DNA of 63,106 nucleotides, filler included, from Bonamia ostreae (Eukaryota): NCBI GenBank assembly GCA_040357525.1. It is 45 parts of 45 records of this genome, joined end to end, with 100 filler letters (N's around TTAATTAATTAA, not from the genome) between each part and the next. Parts side by side here need not be neighbours in the genome. Positions count along the whole stretch, not along the records: positions 1 to 1,315 come from JBDODL010002065.1; positions 1,416 to 2,730 come from JBDODL010002066.1; positions 2,831 to 4,144 come from JBDODL010002067.1; positions 4,245 to 5,558 come from JBDODL010002068.1; positions 5,659 to 6,971 come from JBDODL010002069.1; positions 7,072 to 8,384 come from JBDODL010002070.1; positions 8,485 to 9,797 come from JBDODL010002071.1; positions 9,898 to 11,209 come from JBDODL010002072.1; 37 more parts are not named here. One strand, 5' to 3'. Shown piece by piece: positions 1 to 14,132 of this stretch (position 1 is its first letter; each line of letters starts with the position of its first letter). The notes under the pieces were generated by a model. It saw only the letters and a program-made list of their open reading frames with translations, ran no database searches and was not told where the DNA came from. The position numbers and the translations under genes were made by a program.

Positions 1-128
1 ATCGCTAAAATTTTACAAATTTGCAATTTTTAATAACGAAAATAATTTTATCGCTCAAATTTTACAAATGTGCAATTTTTTCGATTTTTTGCCAAAATTT
101 TATTATTCTGAACAATTTATCCATAAAC

Positions 129-734
129 CTTGGCCATCGTGTAAGGAATCTGCCTCGTCCAAAGCGGCACCAAAGACCCGAACGGAAACCTCGTGCTCGC
201 TCTCTCCGCCACCATCCGCCGCGTCGCCGACGACAGCGATGAAGGCCACTCCCCTCTGGCCGCCGTCTGCACTTTCACTTTCACCATTTCCATCGGACAC
301 AGCGCGATGTCCGCCAAGAACTCCGCCGACGCCGACCCGGCCAACCAGATCAGTCGCCGATATCTGACCGCGTTCTCGTCTCCCGCGAGTTTGCTGTAGT
401 AGTCCTTGAAGACTTCATAGAATCCGAACTTGCAGAGCCCTTGCATCGAGTATCCGATCGCCGTCGGAGCCCATCCGCGCATCAAACCTCGAACGCCTTC
501 CTCTCTGAAGAGAGTGCCGAACCCGGAGAAGAGGTTCGGGTAGCGAACGGGGTTGACTTGCATGTTGCACTTGATGACGTCCAGAGGACATATCGCAGTG
601 TGGGTGATCCCGCAGCTGAGTACTCCTCCGAACATGCACTTCAAGTAGTAACAAAGATCGTGTTTGGGCTTCGAAGGCGGCTTCTGGAAGTTGGCACCTG
701 GCAGCAATGGCTCGCTTTCAAAGTTGTCAGGCAT
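129..734 (-). CDS. SLC25A3: Mitochondrial phosphate carrier (SLC25A3/MIR1 family), first exon, 3'-partial (protist)
   Basis: GGVLSCGITHTAICPLDVIKCNMQV, GWAPTAIGYSMQGLCKFGFYEVFK, SASAEFLADIALCPMEMVKVKVQT and PLWTRQIPYTMAK are PiC signatures. The exon ends at the donor AAG|GTTTAT. Confidence 0.93.
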
Positions 735-1316
735 TTTACAGCTGTTTCGGATTTTTAGAATTGGGTTTCTTAAAGGATTGTGATATAACGATTTTTTAGG
801 AATTTTTTGTCTTTTTTAATTTTTGCGGTTTGAAAATTTTCTTGTTTTAAGAATTTAATCGTTTGAAGATTTGAAGATTTTTAGTTGATAATTATTTAAT
901 CATGTCGCCCTTCATTTTCTTATTCCAACGTTTTATATAAAAAGAACTATTTTTTTAAAAATTATTTAATTCCGTTCGTTTTTTATATTTCCTTCTGCGT
1001 CTTTTTATATTTGATAAAACTTTGTAAATATTGCAAAAAATTGCGGTTTCCGATTTTAATAAATTTTACTTCTGTTTATTCCAGATTTGGTTTTCCATTT
1101 TTGAATAGATCCAATTTTGATGTTTTCCATTTTTAAGCGGTTGATTTTGCTTTTTCACTGCTTTATATTAATTTCAAATTCTTCCTCGTTCATTTGCATC
1201 TTCATTAAACCATTCAAAGTTTTTATCACTTCAATATTCTTTGACAGATGTTCTTTTAAAAAATTTGTTGGTGTTGAAGTATGAATTTTGCTGACATTTG
1301 TTTTCGAAATTTTTTN

Positions 1317-1415
1317 NNNNNNNNNNNNNNNNNNNNNNNNNNNNNNNNNNNNNNNNNNNTTAATTAATTAANNNNNNNNNNNNNNNNNNNNNNNNNNNNN
1401 NNNNNNNNNNNNNNN
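1317..1415. other. Artificial contig spacer (N-run + TTAATTAATTAA + N-run); recurs 44 times about every 1.4 kb
   Basis: Identical 12-mer giving stops in all six frames, flanked by N runs, at 1360, 2775, 4189 ... 61758. Contig lengths fall from ~1316 to ~1293 bp. Confidence 0.99.
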
Positions 1416-2099
1416 GTTGACATATAATAAAAAATCGAACGATTCATTTTGGTCTATTGGTTATTCAGTAATTTAAATTTTATAATACTTAGTTTAATTT
1501 TAACGATTCTGGAGCAAGAGTTTCTACCAGTATTGATTCTAACTTAAAAATCAATTCTACAGTAAGTTCTAGAGTTAAAACTTTGCCAATAAATATCACT
1601 TTATGTACAGAGATGGACCATTATAATGGGCAACATAAATTAGGATTTATATTCCAAGCTATATCAAACAGTAAAGAAGAATTAAATGAAGGAAGCAGCA
1701 TGGTTTAAATAAATGCACGAATTAGAAATCCAATTTTCTGTAATTTAATATATGAAACATACTTTTTTTAGTTTTATTCCAAGTGTTTAAATATATGAAA
1801 CATATATTCTCCATTTTGAAAGCAAGACTATATGTATTTCCTCTGAAATTATTTTTGTTCCGTGTCCAGACTCCATGGAACCTTGTCCATTTTTCTGCTC
1901 ATCATATAAGCTTCATCCTTTTTAGGCCCTTTTTTATATTAGAATTATTGAGGAAGGCGATCATATAATAGTTTTAATCGATTTATTATCCACCATGTGC
2001 CGAGGTACATCACAATAAGTTTAAAATTATGATATTTATTATCATAATATTATCATTAATATTTATTCGTCATTTTAATAATTGGGGTGTAACGTTTTC

Positions 2100-2400
2100 A
2101 AATGCCTTTAAACCGTTAAAGAATAACCTCCATTTTAGCACATATTGATGGACAAAACTATGAAGAACTAGTAAATTTAAAGTATGGGAACGTTCTTTTA
2201 AAATTTAACGTTTTTTGACCAAAATATAGTACAATGTTACAAATGTCAAAAATTTGGACATACATCCAAAATTTGTTTCAATTACATAAAGTGCAGATTT
2301 TGCTCTAAAAACTGTACTGAAAAAAGTAACCTTAAATGAGTAATTGTGGTTAAAACCACAAATCTAAGTCTTTTATTTATAAATTTAAACAACAAAAAAT
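2100..2400 (+). mobile_element. Decayed non-LTR retrotransposon ORF1 (gag-like) remnant with CCHC knuckle
   Basis: 2235-2276 reads CYKCQKFGHTSKIC (CX2CX4HX4C). The surrounding frame is broken by stops and frameshifts. Confidence 0.6.
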
Positions 2401-2830
2401 AAATAGGCTTTTGAGTACGTAGATGTTAATAAGTTTAAAAAATTTGACAAAGAAGGTTTGGCGAAAGTCAAATGAAAATTCAAAACAAAAATTGTAAAAA
2501 TAAAAATGTCTCTCATTTAATTCTAAACAAGTTTTCCTCCGATGATGAGATACTTGCTAAGTCAGCAATTTATCTGCCAAGGACAAAAAATAAGGTAAAA
2601 TGTAAACGTAAAAAAGTTAATGTTCGACAAAACCACGATTTGGAGTATTTTAAAAGAGAATCATCGAGAAAATAATGACTTTAATATCGAATAAAATTCA
2701 CCAGATCGTAATTAAAACTATCAAAGGATGNNNNNNNNNNNNNNNNNNNNNNNNNNNNNNNNNNNNNNNNNNNNTTAATTAATTAANNNNNNNNNNNNNN
2801 NNNNNNNNNNNNNNNNNNNNNNNNNNNNNN

Positions 2831-3454
2831 CAAGTGTCAAATGGTTTCATAATAATGATAAACTTCATTTGACAAGTCAATCTAAGTATATCCAAACAAT
2901 TATGCCCAATTCTACTTCATATTTTCTTAGTGTTTTCGATGTCAGTCTTACAGACGAAGGAGAATATTGTGCTGTTATTAAAAGCAAACCAGGGAAGACT
3001 ACAACAAAAACAGTATTCTTTGATATGTCAAACGGTAAACCTTATATTTAATATACATGTACTTCATACATTTACAGTTTGAAGAATTGCGAATCACTCG
3101 GCTTGTACATGCATTTCTGATATACGTACCAACGCCACATACCATTTTCTATTTAATATCTTGTAGACTTGGCTGAAACTTCTTTATCAATCACTGAAAG
3201 AGATAGAGGGTTACTGGAACTTACTGCTAGTGTGAAATCACCATGGCCAGTAGATGCAGTACGTTGGCAAAGAGATGGAAAGGACATTACAATAACTGCA
3301 TCTGACAAATATGCTGTCGAAAGTTTAGAGACCAATATCACCAAGCTGAAGATAAAATATCCTGGTCAAGAAGATCAAGGAGAATACAAACTTTTGGTTG
3401 AAACTGTGGCTGGAATAAGTGAAAGTCAAAGTGTCTTCGTTGAGAATTTCAGAG
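2831..3454 (+). CDS. Immunoglobulin I-set domain exons of a titin/hemicentin-like protein (animal host)
   Basis: Two exons: VKWFHN...LSVFDVSLTDEGEYCAV and VRWQRDGKDIT...LKIKYPGQEDQGEYKL. Separated by a ~130-nt GT-AG intron. Confidence 0.8.
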
Positions 3455-4421
3455 GTTGGCCACGGATTTATTTACATGGATTTCTAATATATTTGTGTAT
3501 GTAACAGCTGCTTGGTATGTTTGAGGACATATACGATTCTTTTTAAAGAAAGCTTTATCACGAAGTGAGACGTTGTGTTTCTATGTTAATATAGTGAAAC
3601 AGCAATTTTTTCAAATGGATTAAACTTCGTTTTTTTTTTCAGCACCAAGTGTCACTGGATCAAAAACATTAAATATGTTTTTGACGATGATTTGATATTT
3701 CATGAATATTGTTTCTCTTTCGAAAAAAAATATATATGCATAGCCACAACTTTATGCTATCTATTCGGAATGGTGTTTTAACTACGGAAGACAAAACCCC
3801 GTTTAAATTAATGTACTAACCTTTAATCTTCAAATTACTATTTCAGTTAAATCGATCACCAATGTGAAACAACCCGCTACTACTGATTTTGAAAAATCAA
3901 AAGAAAGCTTTCTAAATGGGGTAATAAATTGTATTTTCAGTCAATATTCTTGTAAGGGTTATGCATTTGGTGATTGCAACATATAACTGATTACATTCTC
4001 TTATGGTGACCATATTCGTGTATTGCAGATCATGCGACCCTACAAAGCAGCAGTAAACTGTGAAGTATGCAACAAAACGGTAAACATGCCCTTCTTATAC
4101 ACTTAAACACACCGGTACTGAATTTGTAATGGTAATATATTTCANNNNNNNNNNNNNNNNNNNNNNNNNNNNNNNNNNNNNNNNNNNNTTAATTAATTAA
4201 NNNNNNNNNNNNNNNNNNNNNNNNNNNNNNNNNNNNNNNNNNNNCCAAACTTTACAAATTTCTAATTTTTTGTACTCTTCGACGTTAGAAATTCGAAGTC
4301 TTTTTTGTTTAAAATCTGTGTTTCTATTATTATTATCTTCCTCGTCTTCCGATTTGCGATTATTTAGCAAATACAGATTTTACAGAACAAACAATATAAT
4401 CAAAACACGCGAAAAATAGCA

Positions 4422-4998
4422 ATGACTTCTATAAACCACAAAACGAGATTTTACGATCTTCCACCCGTGATCCAAACCATCTTTAACAAATTCGACAATT
4501 TTGTCCAAAAACAAACTGAAACCCGAAAAGAAATCGACGCACTTTTGCAATCATCCGAAAACCAAAAAATCGACTACCAAAATCTCAAAAAAGTTACTTT
4601 CGAAAAGTTATTTCCAAAAAAAAGCGACTGGAAAAAGCAGAATCTCGAAGGCAAAAATCAGCCGCTCTTCTCAATGTCCTTTCAAACCAAGTAACAGAAA
4701 ACATAAAAGTGGCCTCGAACACATTGACAGAAGTGAACAGCATCGACCCCCAAATCGGCGCGGACAACAAATTTGACGAGTTTTAAAAAAACAAAAAAGC
4801 TTTTTCGAGCAAAAAATGAAATTTTACGAAGAAGAAATTTTGAAGATAAAAAAGCTTTTGAGCGAAAAAGAGAAATTTGGATCGTTTCCCGAAGTTCTGA
4901 CGGCGAAAGATTTGGCGCGGATTTTAAAAATGCACAAGGAATCCACAAACGCACTCGAAAGTTCAGTCGAAGCAATGAAACTCAAAATAAAATTTTAA
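4422..4998 (+). CDS. Nup58/Nup49-like coiled-coil nucleoporin (protist), 3 exons
   Basis: Removing introns 4593-4624 (32 nt) and 4780-4799 (20 nt) gives TRFYDLPPVIQTIFNKFDNFVQKQ...DFFEQKMKFYEEEILKIKKLL...LTAKDLARILKMHKES, which resembles the Nup58/Nup49 helical region. Confidence 0.55.
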
Positions 4999-7900
4999 TC
5001 ATTTTTTCCTTTTTTTGTACAAATTTTTGAGCTCTTCTTCGAGATTTCTTATTTTATTTCTTTTTTCTGTTTGTTCTTTGCGATCGATAAAATTTTCTTT
5101 TTTGCCGTTTTTCTGTTGTTGGTTTTTGAATTTCTGCTTTGTTTTCCATACTTTGCCGCTTTTCTTGGTGATTGCAAAGCTTGGGATTTTGTTGATCTGT
5201 TTTTTCGTTTCGATTTTGACCGATTTGTTGTTTTTGGCGATTTCGTCGCGTCTTTTCCGTTTCGATGCACTTGACCTCAGACTTCTTTTGTGCCGCTTAA
5301 ACGTTAAATTTTAAAACCATTTTTTGGATTATATTAATAGATATTATAAGTCCGCAATTTTCAGTCAAAAAGATTTGATCAAATTTCGTTTTTCGTTTCG
5401 TCTTTTCTTCGTTTTCGAAGATATGTCGCTTTTGCATTTTAAGATAAGATTTAATGAAGTTAGTTCTGATACAAATATTGAAATGATAAAATATTTTTAG
5501 TTAATGGCGCCAAATAGTTGCTCGATCAAAATATTATTGTATCTTCTGATTAATTTTCNNNNNNNNNNNNNNNNNNNNNNNNNNNNNNNNNNNNNNNNNN
5601 NNTTAATTAATTAANNNNNNNNNNNNNNNNNNNNNNNNNNNNNNNNNNNNNNNNNNNNGGATATATTAAATTGACATATGAATGATGACAGCGACTATTA
5701 AGTATCCAATTTCAAAATAAGGTCAAATCATTCTGCGATTATAAGTTTTGTTATTGTTGCGGATGCTGCGAGGGTTGCATACAGTTGTAACGCGAGTGAA
5801 ATATTGGTGTATTAGATGTTTATCGAAGATCTTGCTCTCATATCGGAGCATCAAAACTGTAATTGAAGAATCTAAGAATACTCCTCCAGGTCGTAGTGAT
5901 GATGATTTTCTAACATATCAATGCCTCCCTTGACATGGGCGGTTAATTTTTAGAGTTTCGCTCAAAAAACGTTCGCTTTTGGTGTCAAGGGCTTAGCGAA
6001 GCAGTTGTAACCTATTTCATACGTCTTGGGATTGAGACAATCTCAGAGCATCGAACATGGAATCTTGTAGTTCGTGCAGAGTGTTTTGATAACTACGCTG
6101 CCGAGACTGATAAAATCATGGAATAAATGTATGAATTGTTTGTATCATGGGATACCTGAGTGATTCAATATGGCGGGATAATGTGGACGTACTTATTCTT
6201 CCAATTTAGGAACCGGATTCAGGAGTGAATGCATATGGCTTCGCGAAAACTTCAAACCGAGGAGGTTTGTTTCCAAACATCACGAAGTGGTCTTTGTTTT
6301 GGGTAAAAAAGAGAAAATATGGTGGAAGGCAAAAACAAACAAAATGGAATGAAAAGAAAAACGGGAAAGATCCAAAATCCGTAAGTAAAAGTGAATGTAC
6401 AATGTAGTGGCGACAACAATAGTAGTTGTAACAGTTCCTGTATAATCTGAGTAGTACTCTGATCTCGTGTAATTCAATGATGTATAGCGATGTATTGATA
6501 GATCTGTGTCGAGGTACAAGTACCTCTCCGCCTGTATGTGAAACAAAAGTCTAAAATGAATGAAAATACTGCAGTATATGGATAGTAAAAACCCGCTGGT
6601 ATTTTTCCCTGGTATCAAAGGTTTTCTCTGGGTACACCAATGAATGACACGTATCGGTGTTATTTTCTGTTACTTTACTATGGTTACTGTAATTACATCG
6701 ATCTTTATGTCTTGTGTTGTTTGTTGATCACTCTCCAATTTGTTATTTTCGTTCTCTGTATTTTGAGTGAGATTATTTTCGGACAACCTTTGTTTTTTGC
6801 CGGGTTTTTATTCAGCAAATGGATAGCAGTTATCTTCTTTGCTACCACTTTGGTGTGATGTTCTTTGTCTTTCTTCCCGTATAATTTCATGTTAGATTTT
6901 AAATGGCATTTGTGATAAGGTGAGCTATGCATTGTTCTTGCAGAACGTTATATAAGACACTTAGGTGCATANNNNNNNNNNNNNNNNNNNNNNNNNNNNN
7001 NNNNNNNNNNNNNNNTTAATTAATTAANNNNNNNNNNNNNNNNNNNNNNNNNNNNNNNNNNNNNNNNNNNNTAACTCTAATAAATTGAAATAAATACAGA
7101 GATGATAATGCGGGTATGGATTTACCATAAATGAAAAAAAAATCATAATAAAATATAATGTGTATATACTTAAAGATAAAAATGATATAACATTGTTTTG
7201 CGCATTCTATTCCAGCAAAGATTTTCATTATCTTTCTAGTTACCCACGCAATTTCAATTTAGGGTCCCAAAATCTTAAGACTAAAATCAATAGATGATAT
7301 CGCATATTTAAACAGTTGATATTACCAACTGAACACGTGATATTAATTACTCGAATAGGTGACATATATGCATAACAGATAGCCTGGTGAAATAATACCA
7401 CATTTACATTATACTACATCAGAACAAAGCATGCAGGCACGTGCACCCTAGTATATACATTTGATACCACACAAAATCACTTGAATTGTAAAGATAAGTT
7501 CGACATGTCTATAAGAAGGTTTGTCAAGTATCATGTTCTGTAATAACGTTCAGATTCTAAACAAAAGAATGCGCCGAGGAAATTTTGTGTTACTAAGACC
7601 AATTTGACAACTTTGTCAAGGCTACTTTTCATAATCCTTACACAAAGGAATTTACATGATATGAGGTTCAGACTTTGAAAAACAAATCACTCAACATTTC
7701 TAATTCAAGTACTCCTATGTAGGTCAGGTGACCGTCCGTTCTCACTGGCTCCTTTGTTTACTTATGGCTGCCACTGAGTAGTTTCCTACATTTGAGATAA
7801 AATCTAACAATACGAATATCATGATAACATTACTTTTTTGGTAGGTTATAATATTTTAGTGCGAATTGCTTATCTTTTTACAATGTCATAAAAGTGATAT

Positions 7901-8484
7901 TCTTAGTTTTTGTGAAGCCCGTGGGTCGTGTAGCTTTTAGTATCTCTATCTCCTGAATTTATGCTATTTGAAACTGAATTTTCATCCGAAAATAGATGAG
8001 CTGAAACTGTACAGATANNNNNNNNNNTTTCAGAGGTGGCTGGTCGCTAATGCATAGCGTAAAGCCACCAAAGGAAGTGCTTGGGTTTAGGAAATCAATA
8101 TATCAGACTACAACATACTTTGATTGCTAGTATTTTTCTGCAATATATCGATTGTATCAAGATTTAACCGAGTTAGTAATGTCTGTAAGGATATATTTTT
8201 AAAGTATCAAGTTCAAGCCAGTATTTAAATCGCACTGAAGTTATCAGTCAACGGAGTTTTAATATAGATTATGCCTTTCTGATTTTCTCTGATGTATCAT
8301 TGTAATAGGAATATGAATATATAACCTTCAAACAAACATCAACATGCACTGCATATCGTTAAACTTTCAATTTTTCTGCAGCAGNNNNNNNNNNNNNNNN
8401 NNNNNNNNNNNNNNNNNNNNNNNNNNNNTTAATTAATTAANNNNNNNNNNNNNNNNNNNNNNNNNNNNNNNNNNNNNNNNNNNN

Positions 8485-9700
8485 GCCTTGTTATCTATGT
8501 GTAGAATGATTGTTTTGTTTTGCAAATGTTGGATCCATATTGAGAAGGCCAACACAATTGGTATCAACTCAATAAATGCTAAATCTTGGAGAATCGGGGT
8601 TCACGAAAAATGGTCACTGCAAATAAATTATCCTTGAAAGCAACCACCACCCAAGTGCTGCAGTCCCTACATTGTCTGTAAAGAACTCTAGTGTGTCTTG
8701 AGAGCTTCATTCGGAATCCTGGAAGTAAATTAAAATTACCCCGTGGAACTAATGCAAAAACTGCAACCACATTTCCATGTCGAGTTTCATGTTTTTGGTA
8801 ATGTTAACATGATGATATTGTGTGCAATGGCCTATCATTGCATTGTAAAAATGCCGATTAAATGCACGACTCTCGGAATAGCATTGGCAAACAAAGTTTA
8901 AAAGCTCTATAGCACTATGTATCGTGCGTTTCTGTACATATCACTCTAGCATTTCGTTCTTTTTATGGCTGGGATTCGAACCTGCATTTCCATGGTATCA
9001 CAGCCCCAGACCGCAGAAAATTGAACACGTAGTTTGTTCCTGTGTTTTATGAGGATTCAAGGAAACTCTCATTTCTGTACAAATATATTGAAAGGTTTTT
9101 GTTAATTTTAAGATCCAGCCGGACTTGCAAAAATGGAATTTTGTCTGTAAACTGGATTTCAATTTGTCCGGCCACTCTATGAAAAGTTCTGACTATCTTG
9201 TATGATATAACACATTTGAGGGGCTGCACTGTATGTACATAATAAGCTCCCCTGAAATAAATTCCCCAAAACTCCAAATCCCTGGGGTAAACTGGTATTA
9301 ATCTGAATTAACTTTTAACATCTTTAGCTAACAACGCCCCTTCCCAATTCATTAAGTTTTGTACTATCGTATCGAATGAAGTGTACTTGACTGTGGTTTC
9401 ACTTGAGTGGCAGCTTTTGACACTGATGGGGTCTGAGCAGGGTTTGTTTGTTTCATCCCCGGGCTGGGGGTTGTAGGCAATATACAGTCCGCTGTGGGTG
9501 CCATGTTCGCAATGTTCAGCCGGTGGTCCGGTGGTGGGAGCTGTTCTAAGCACCCCATGTGTGGATTGTGCACGTTTGTGTATGGACGCGGGGCTACCCT
9601 CTGGGTTTGCGCCGGTGATTTGGCATTTGTCTTGTGGATAATTTCGTAAATGCTCCATTAAATCGCATTCGCTATTATTGAAACAACCAAGTAGGTACGA
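8485..9700 (-). mobile_element. Degenerate DIRS-type retrotransposon (RT + RNase H remnants), host
   Basis: Minus-strand fragments: VKYTSFD, GALLAKDVKS*FRLIPVYPRDLEFWGIYFRGAYY (RT); RAFNRHFYNAM...KLDMEMWLQFL, LEFFTD, DLAFIELIPIVLAFSIW...NKTIILHIDNKA (DIRS RNase H). Contains stops and deletions. Confidence 0.8.
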
Positions 9701-11309
9701 TTGGTATATATGGAGGAATTAAAACACAAGATACGGGCATGCAAAACCAGATGAATTCCGGAAAGTACAAACTGGAGAGGTGTGGATGGTTGCTATANNN
9801 NNNNNNNNNNNNNNNNNNNNNNNNNNNNNNNNNNNNNNNNNTTAATTAATTAANNNNNNNNNNNNNNNNNNNNNNNNNNNNNNNNNNNNNNNNNNNNCAA
9901 CATTTGATCTATCGACTGATGGAAAGGTGCAAAGCAATATGCCCCTCTTCATAGAAGGGGGGATATGAAGAGAAAATCATCAATTTCATTAAGAATGGGA
10001 AATTCCATGATTGTGTATAAGAAAGAATCAATGCTCGGTGGATTCACTATATCAATTCATATACATACGAGTATATGAAGGATCAACAGCAAAATTTTCT
10101 GTGATGAATAACTTTATATTCGTCAAGTTTTATTCAATAAGGTATTGAAAGAAATGAAGAATATGGGTCAATATATGGGACCAGCTGAACGAGACATTTA
10201 AATCCAGTTTCAGTCTTCCGATACATTCTATAGGGAAACATGTCTGAAACAAATCAATGAACACACATAGTTAAATACAACGACGATAGTATCATAACAG
10301 GAGGTGGTATTTATTTTATCTCTCAATTTATACGTAATTGTCAGATGTTGTCCAAACATGGCTATAAATTGGTTTAGATTTTGAGAAAAAGAACATGATC
10401 TGTATAAATGAATTTACGCTAAAGATCGAGTCAGATTCATTGCAATGTTTCTTATCCATAAGCAATCAAGTTTCCTCTATTGTTGAGAAAACAGCATTAC
10501 TGACATTCTTTTCCCCAAACATCTACTACTTTTTCATACAAATGCTAGGCGTGTTTACTCAGCTATCTTTTACCTGTACAACGAATAAATGGAAGCATAT
10601 GGTAATTTGTACTTTTCGCGATGGCGATTCTGCAAGATTTACCCATGCTTCCATTTGTATAGAAACTATACCATCCTTCCCTGGTTTTTCTGTCACCACA
10701 ATATAGCCAAACTTGACATTATTTCTACATTTACTTATATCTTGTAATCCAAATTATTTCCCCCGTATATGAGTATTTTCCGTCAAATTAAAAGTCATTT
10801 CCGTTTTGGAAGTTTAAATAAGAAACAAGATAGAATTATTCATTGATGTTAAACATTTTTCCCTCATGCAATACGTTTGCAATGAAAAAATAATTGTTTC
10901 AAGATTCCTATCATAATCTTACTTACCAATTACAACGATGCTACATCCACTAATTTGCATATGTTTAAGAGCTGACGCCAGGGAGGAGTCCTATAGGAAA
11001 ATATAAAATTGAATGATCATATGTAGACTAAGATTAGAATATCATTAAAATGACATTATATGAAATTATCATCCAAAGCACTCAGTACAGAGATTGCTTA
11101 ACAGAGTGGTTTCATGTGATTTGGCGGTGCCTATTGATTCCATATAATGTTTCTATCAAATTAAATTGATGTTTCTTCAATATCTCTTTCTTTATCTCTC
11201 TTTCCCTCTNNNNNNNNNNNNNNNNNNNNNNNNNNNNNNNNNNNNNNNNNNNNTTAATTAATTAANNNNNNNNNNNNNNNNNNNNNNNNNNNNNNNNNNN
11301 NNNNNNNNN

Positions 11310-12621
11310 GAACAGAACACCGAAAGCTCTGAATATATCCGCTGAAGCTGCAGAAGAAGGATAGAAAGTTTTTGAAACATCTTTTAACCGCAAATTATAT
11401 TTTGTGTTGCCGATCGCTCGACTAATTTTGGAATATTTCGATTTGGCCTCCAAAAAATTTTTTTCGTTTCGATAAGAAAATTCTTCAAAATAAGAAAAAT
11501 CAGAATTTTCAAAGAAATGGCCGTGCGCGTTGAAGAGAGATAAAGTTTGTTTGTGTTGTTTCAAAGAATTTTGGATTTTTTCCAAAGCAAAGTCTGTTGT
11601 TCTGTTTAGGTCTTCCATTATTTTAACCTTAAAAGCTTTAAAATTTAATTTTGATTTTGTCAGCGATTTTGTCAGTTTCAAGTTGAAAATTAAAGTTTCG
11701 ATCGCCTTTTGGATTAAATCGATTGGAAAACAAAAATTTCGAGTTTTCAAAATAGTGTTTAATAACCATTATCGGCTTTCCTTGTTTTATGAAACGCAAA
11801 AGAGAGTTGGAACCGGACTTAAACGAATTCTCATAAAATAATTTTGAGCTCGAAGCAAGATTTTTCAACTGCTCAAAACAGCCAAAATCTTCCATTTTGC
11901 TCGAAACAAAATGACTCAAATTTTCGATCAAAATGTTGTTCAATTTGGGCAAAATCTGTTTTTCAAAGTTCGGATGCGCGACATTGTCTGTCAAATAAAG
12001 CATGTTTAAAGCCATCTCCATTTTTCTGTTCGGACTTTCTTTTAAGGCTTTTTCTGCTATGAAAATGGCTTTCAGAATCAAAAGAGTTTTTTCTTGGAAA
12101 TTTGGCTCTCCGTTGTGGATTCTGATCAAATCTAAAGCGGCGAAAACAAAAAAGTCTTCCGCGCCGTTCATGTCGCCGTCGCTCGTTTCAAGCACTTTTC
12201 TGTTGTTGGATAAATATTGAGGTTGCAAACCTCGAATCTGTGAAACGGGCCAAATTTGTTTCGGCCGCTTTTTTAATATTTTCGTCAGTTTCATTGACGG
12301 AGAAATATCTTCGGAGCTTTTCTCTGTTTATCAATGATATCCATTCGCCCTTCTAAAAATTTAGCAAAAACAATTTTCTAAAACAAAATTTTTTTCAACA
12401 TTAAATTTGGCAAATGCAATAATAAAAATACTTCGCCGAATCCACTTTCTCCAAACTCAAATTTCTTCTCAAAGTTTCCGACGTCTTTTAGAATCGACAA
12501 AAAGGGCAATATGTCAGAAAAGAAAAATCTTTTATCTCCGAAAGCTTTAAAATAGTTCAAAATGGCGAGAATCAATTTGTTTTCGGCGCTTTTGTTTTCC
12601 AAATTCTGTTTTGCAAAACTG
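11310..12621 (-). CDS. NatB auxiliary subunit (NAA25/Mdm20)-like, multi-exon, partial (protist)
   Basis: LNYFKAFGDKRFFFSDILPFL and AIFIAEKALKESPNRKMEMALNMLYL resemble NatB_MDM20 motifs. Intron 12200-12230 (31 nt) links the frames. Confidence 0.6.
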
Positions 12622-12721
12622 NNNNNNNNNNNNNNNNNNNNNNNNNNNNNNNNNNNNNNNNNNNNTTAATTAATTAANNNNNNNNNNNNNNNNNNNNNNN
12701 NNNNNNNNNNNNNNNNNNNNN

Positions 12722-13580
12722 AGGACGAGTTAATGATAGCATAAACAGTAATCGTTTTTCTGACCACACACCTATTGATTATCTGCCTAATCGTCACTAC
12801 GTGTTTCAAATCCCCTATTTGTGTAATCTTTTGAAATCCTGATTATCTTTTGTACTTAACATTACATATACAGCGGCAGCTAAAAGAACATTATTGTCTT
12901 TAGATGAATGACTACTTCCGGGCGCAAGATAATCCGGTTGAAATATACGCAGGTAATATATTTATAGTATATCCTAACAAATTCAAACATAATATTTGGT
13001 AACATCTGCCATATTCATGTTTGGGTGTTGTAATGAACACAGACATCACATCTGATTACAAAATAACAGGCATGACATGAACAATACACGAACATACAAT
13101 TTGATCTGATTGCATATATCATTTTGAGAATACACAATTACTCAGCAGATCGTACAGGAAACTTAAAAGCCAATCTGTCATTGTTTTCTTTCAAAACAAA
13201 CCAAGGTGGAAATAAGTAGGAAAGAGTGTATGGTTTCATGTATGTAGAGATTGGATTGCAGTCATTTTATAGTTGACAGGGCTATACTATGAGTTTGTAA
13301 ACTATTTGATGAAGTAGTGGTTTCACTGACATTTAAAAATTAAAGAATGATATAATAGATGATCATTGCATACAGTTACATAGGACGAATTAATGATAGG
13401 ATAAACAATATACAATAATCGTTTTTTTCTGATCACACACTCATTAATTATCTACGGATTTGTCTCTACGTGTTTCAAATCTGCTATTTGTGTAATCATT
13501 TCAAATCCCGATTATCGTTTGTACTTAACATTACATATAAAGCGGCAGCTAAAAGAGCATTATTGTCTTTAGATGATACT
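12722..13580 (+). repeat. Imperfect direct duplication of ~185 bp (12722-12907 and ~13382-13577)
   Basis: Both copies run from aggacga.ttaatgatag through ...gcggcagctaaaaga.cattattgtctttagatga. Confidence 0.85.
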
Positions 13581-14132
13581 AAAATAGTAACACCCATGTC
13601 CTCTAATTTAACACAGGCGGTCCATAATTTGGAATTGCTTTCATATCTTAATCTAAACTCAGACATGATGTATTTTAGGGCGGGTTTTACACGTCTTTAA
13701 GCTCAAATGAACATGTTTTAAGTTTTACAAATGTTATCTTTTACGTCAATTGTCTTTGAATTGCAATAGTCACAAAGCAATTTAAATACATGAGGATTTC
13801 TTTGATTTTGAATATTAGATCCACCGATGACAATTATCGAATTTGGCCTCAAAATATGCAAGGTCGTGTGGAATTTTTGAAATTTAAAATGTGTTTTTTT
13901 TTCATTTGAACAAATGATAGGTTTTATTTGAACACTAGATCATTATAGAGACCAAAAAATTTTAGAAATGCGGACTCAAAACGAAAATGTTGAAAAACAA
14001 GTAACAAAATGATTGTCAGTATTATGTATCGANNNNNNNNNNNNNNNNNNNNNNNNNNNNNNNNNNNNNNNNNNNNTTAATTAATTAANNNNNNNNNNNN
14101 NNNNNNNNNNNNNNNNNNNNNNNNNNNNNNNN

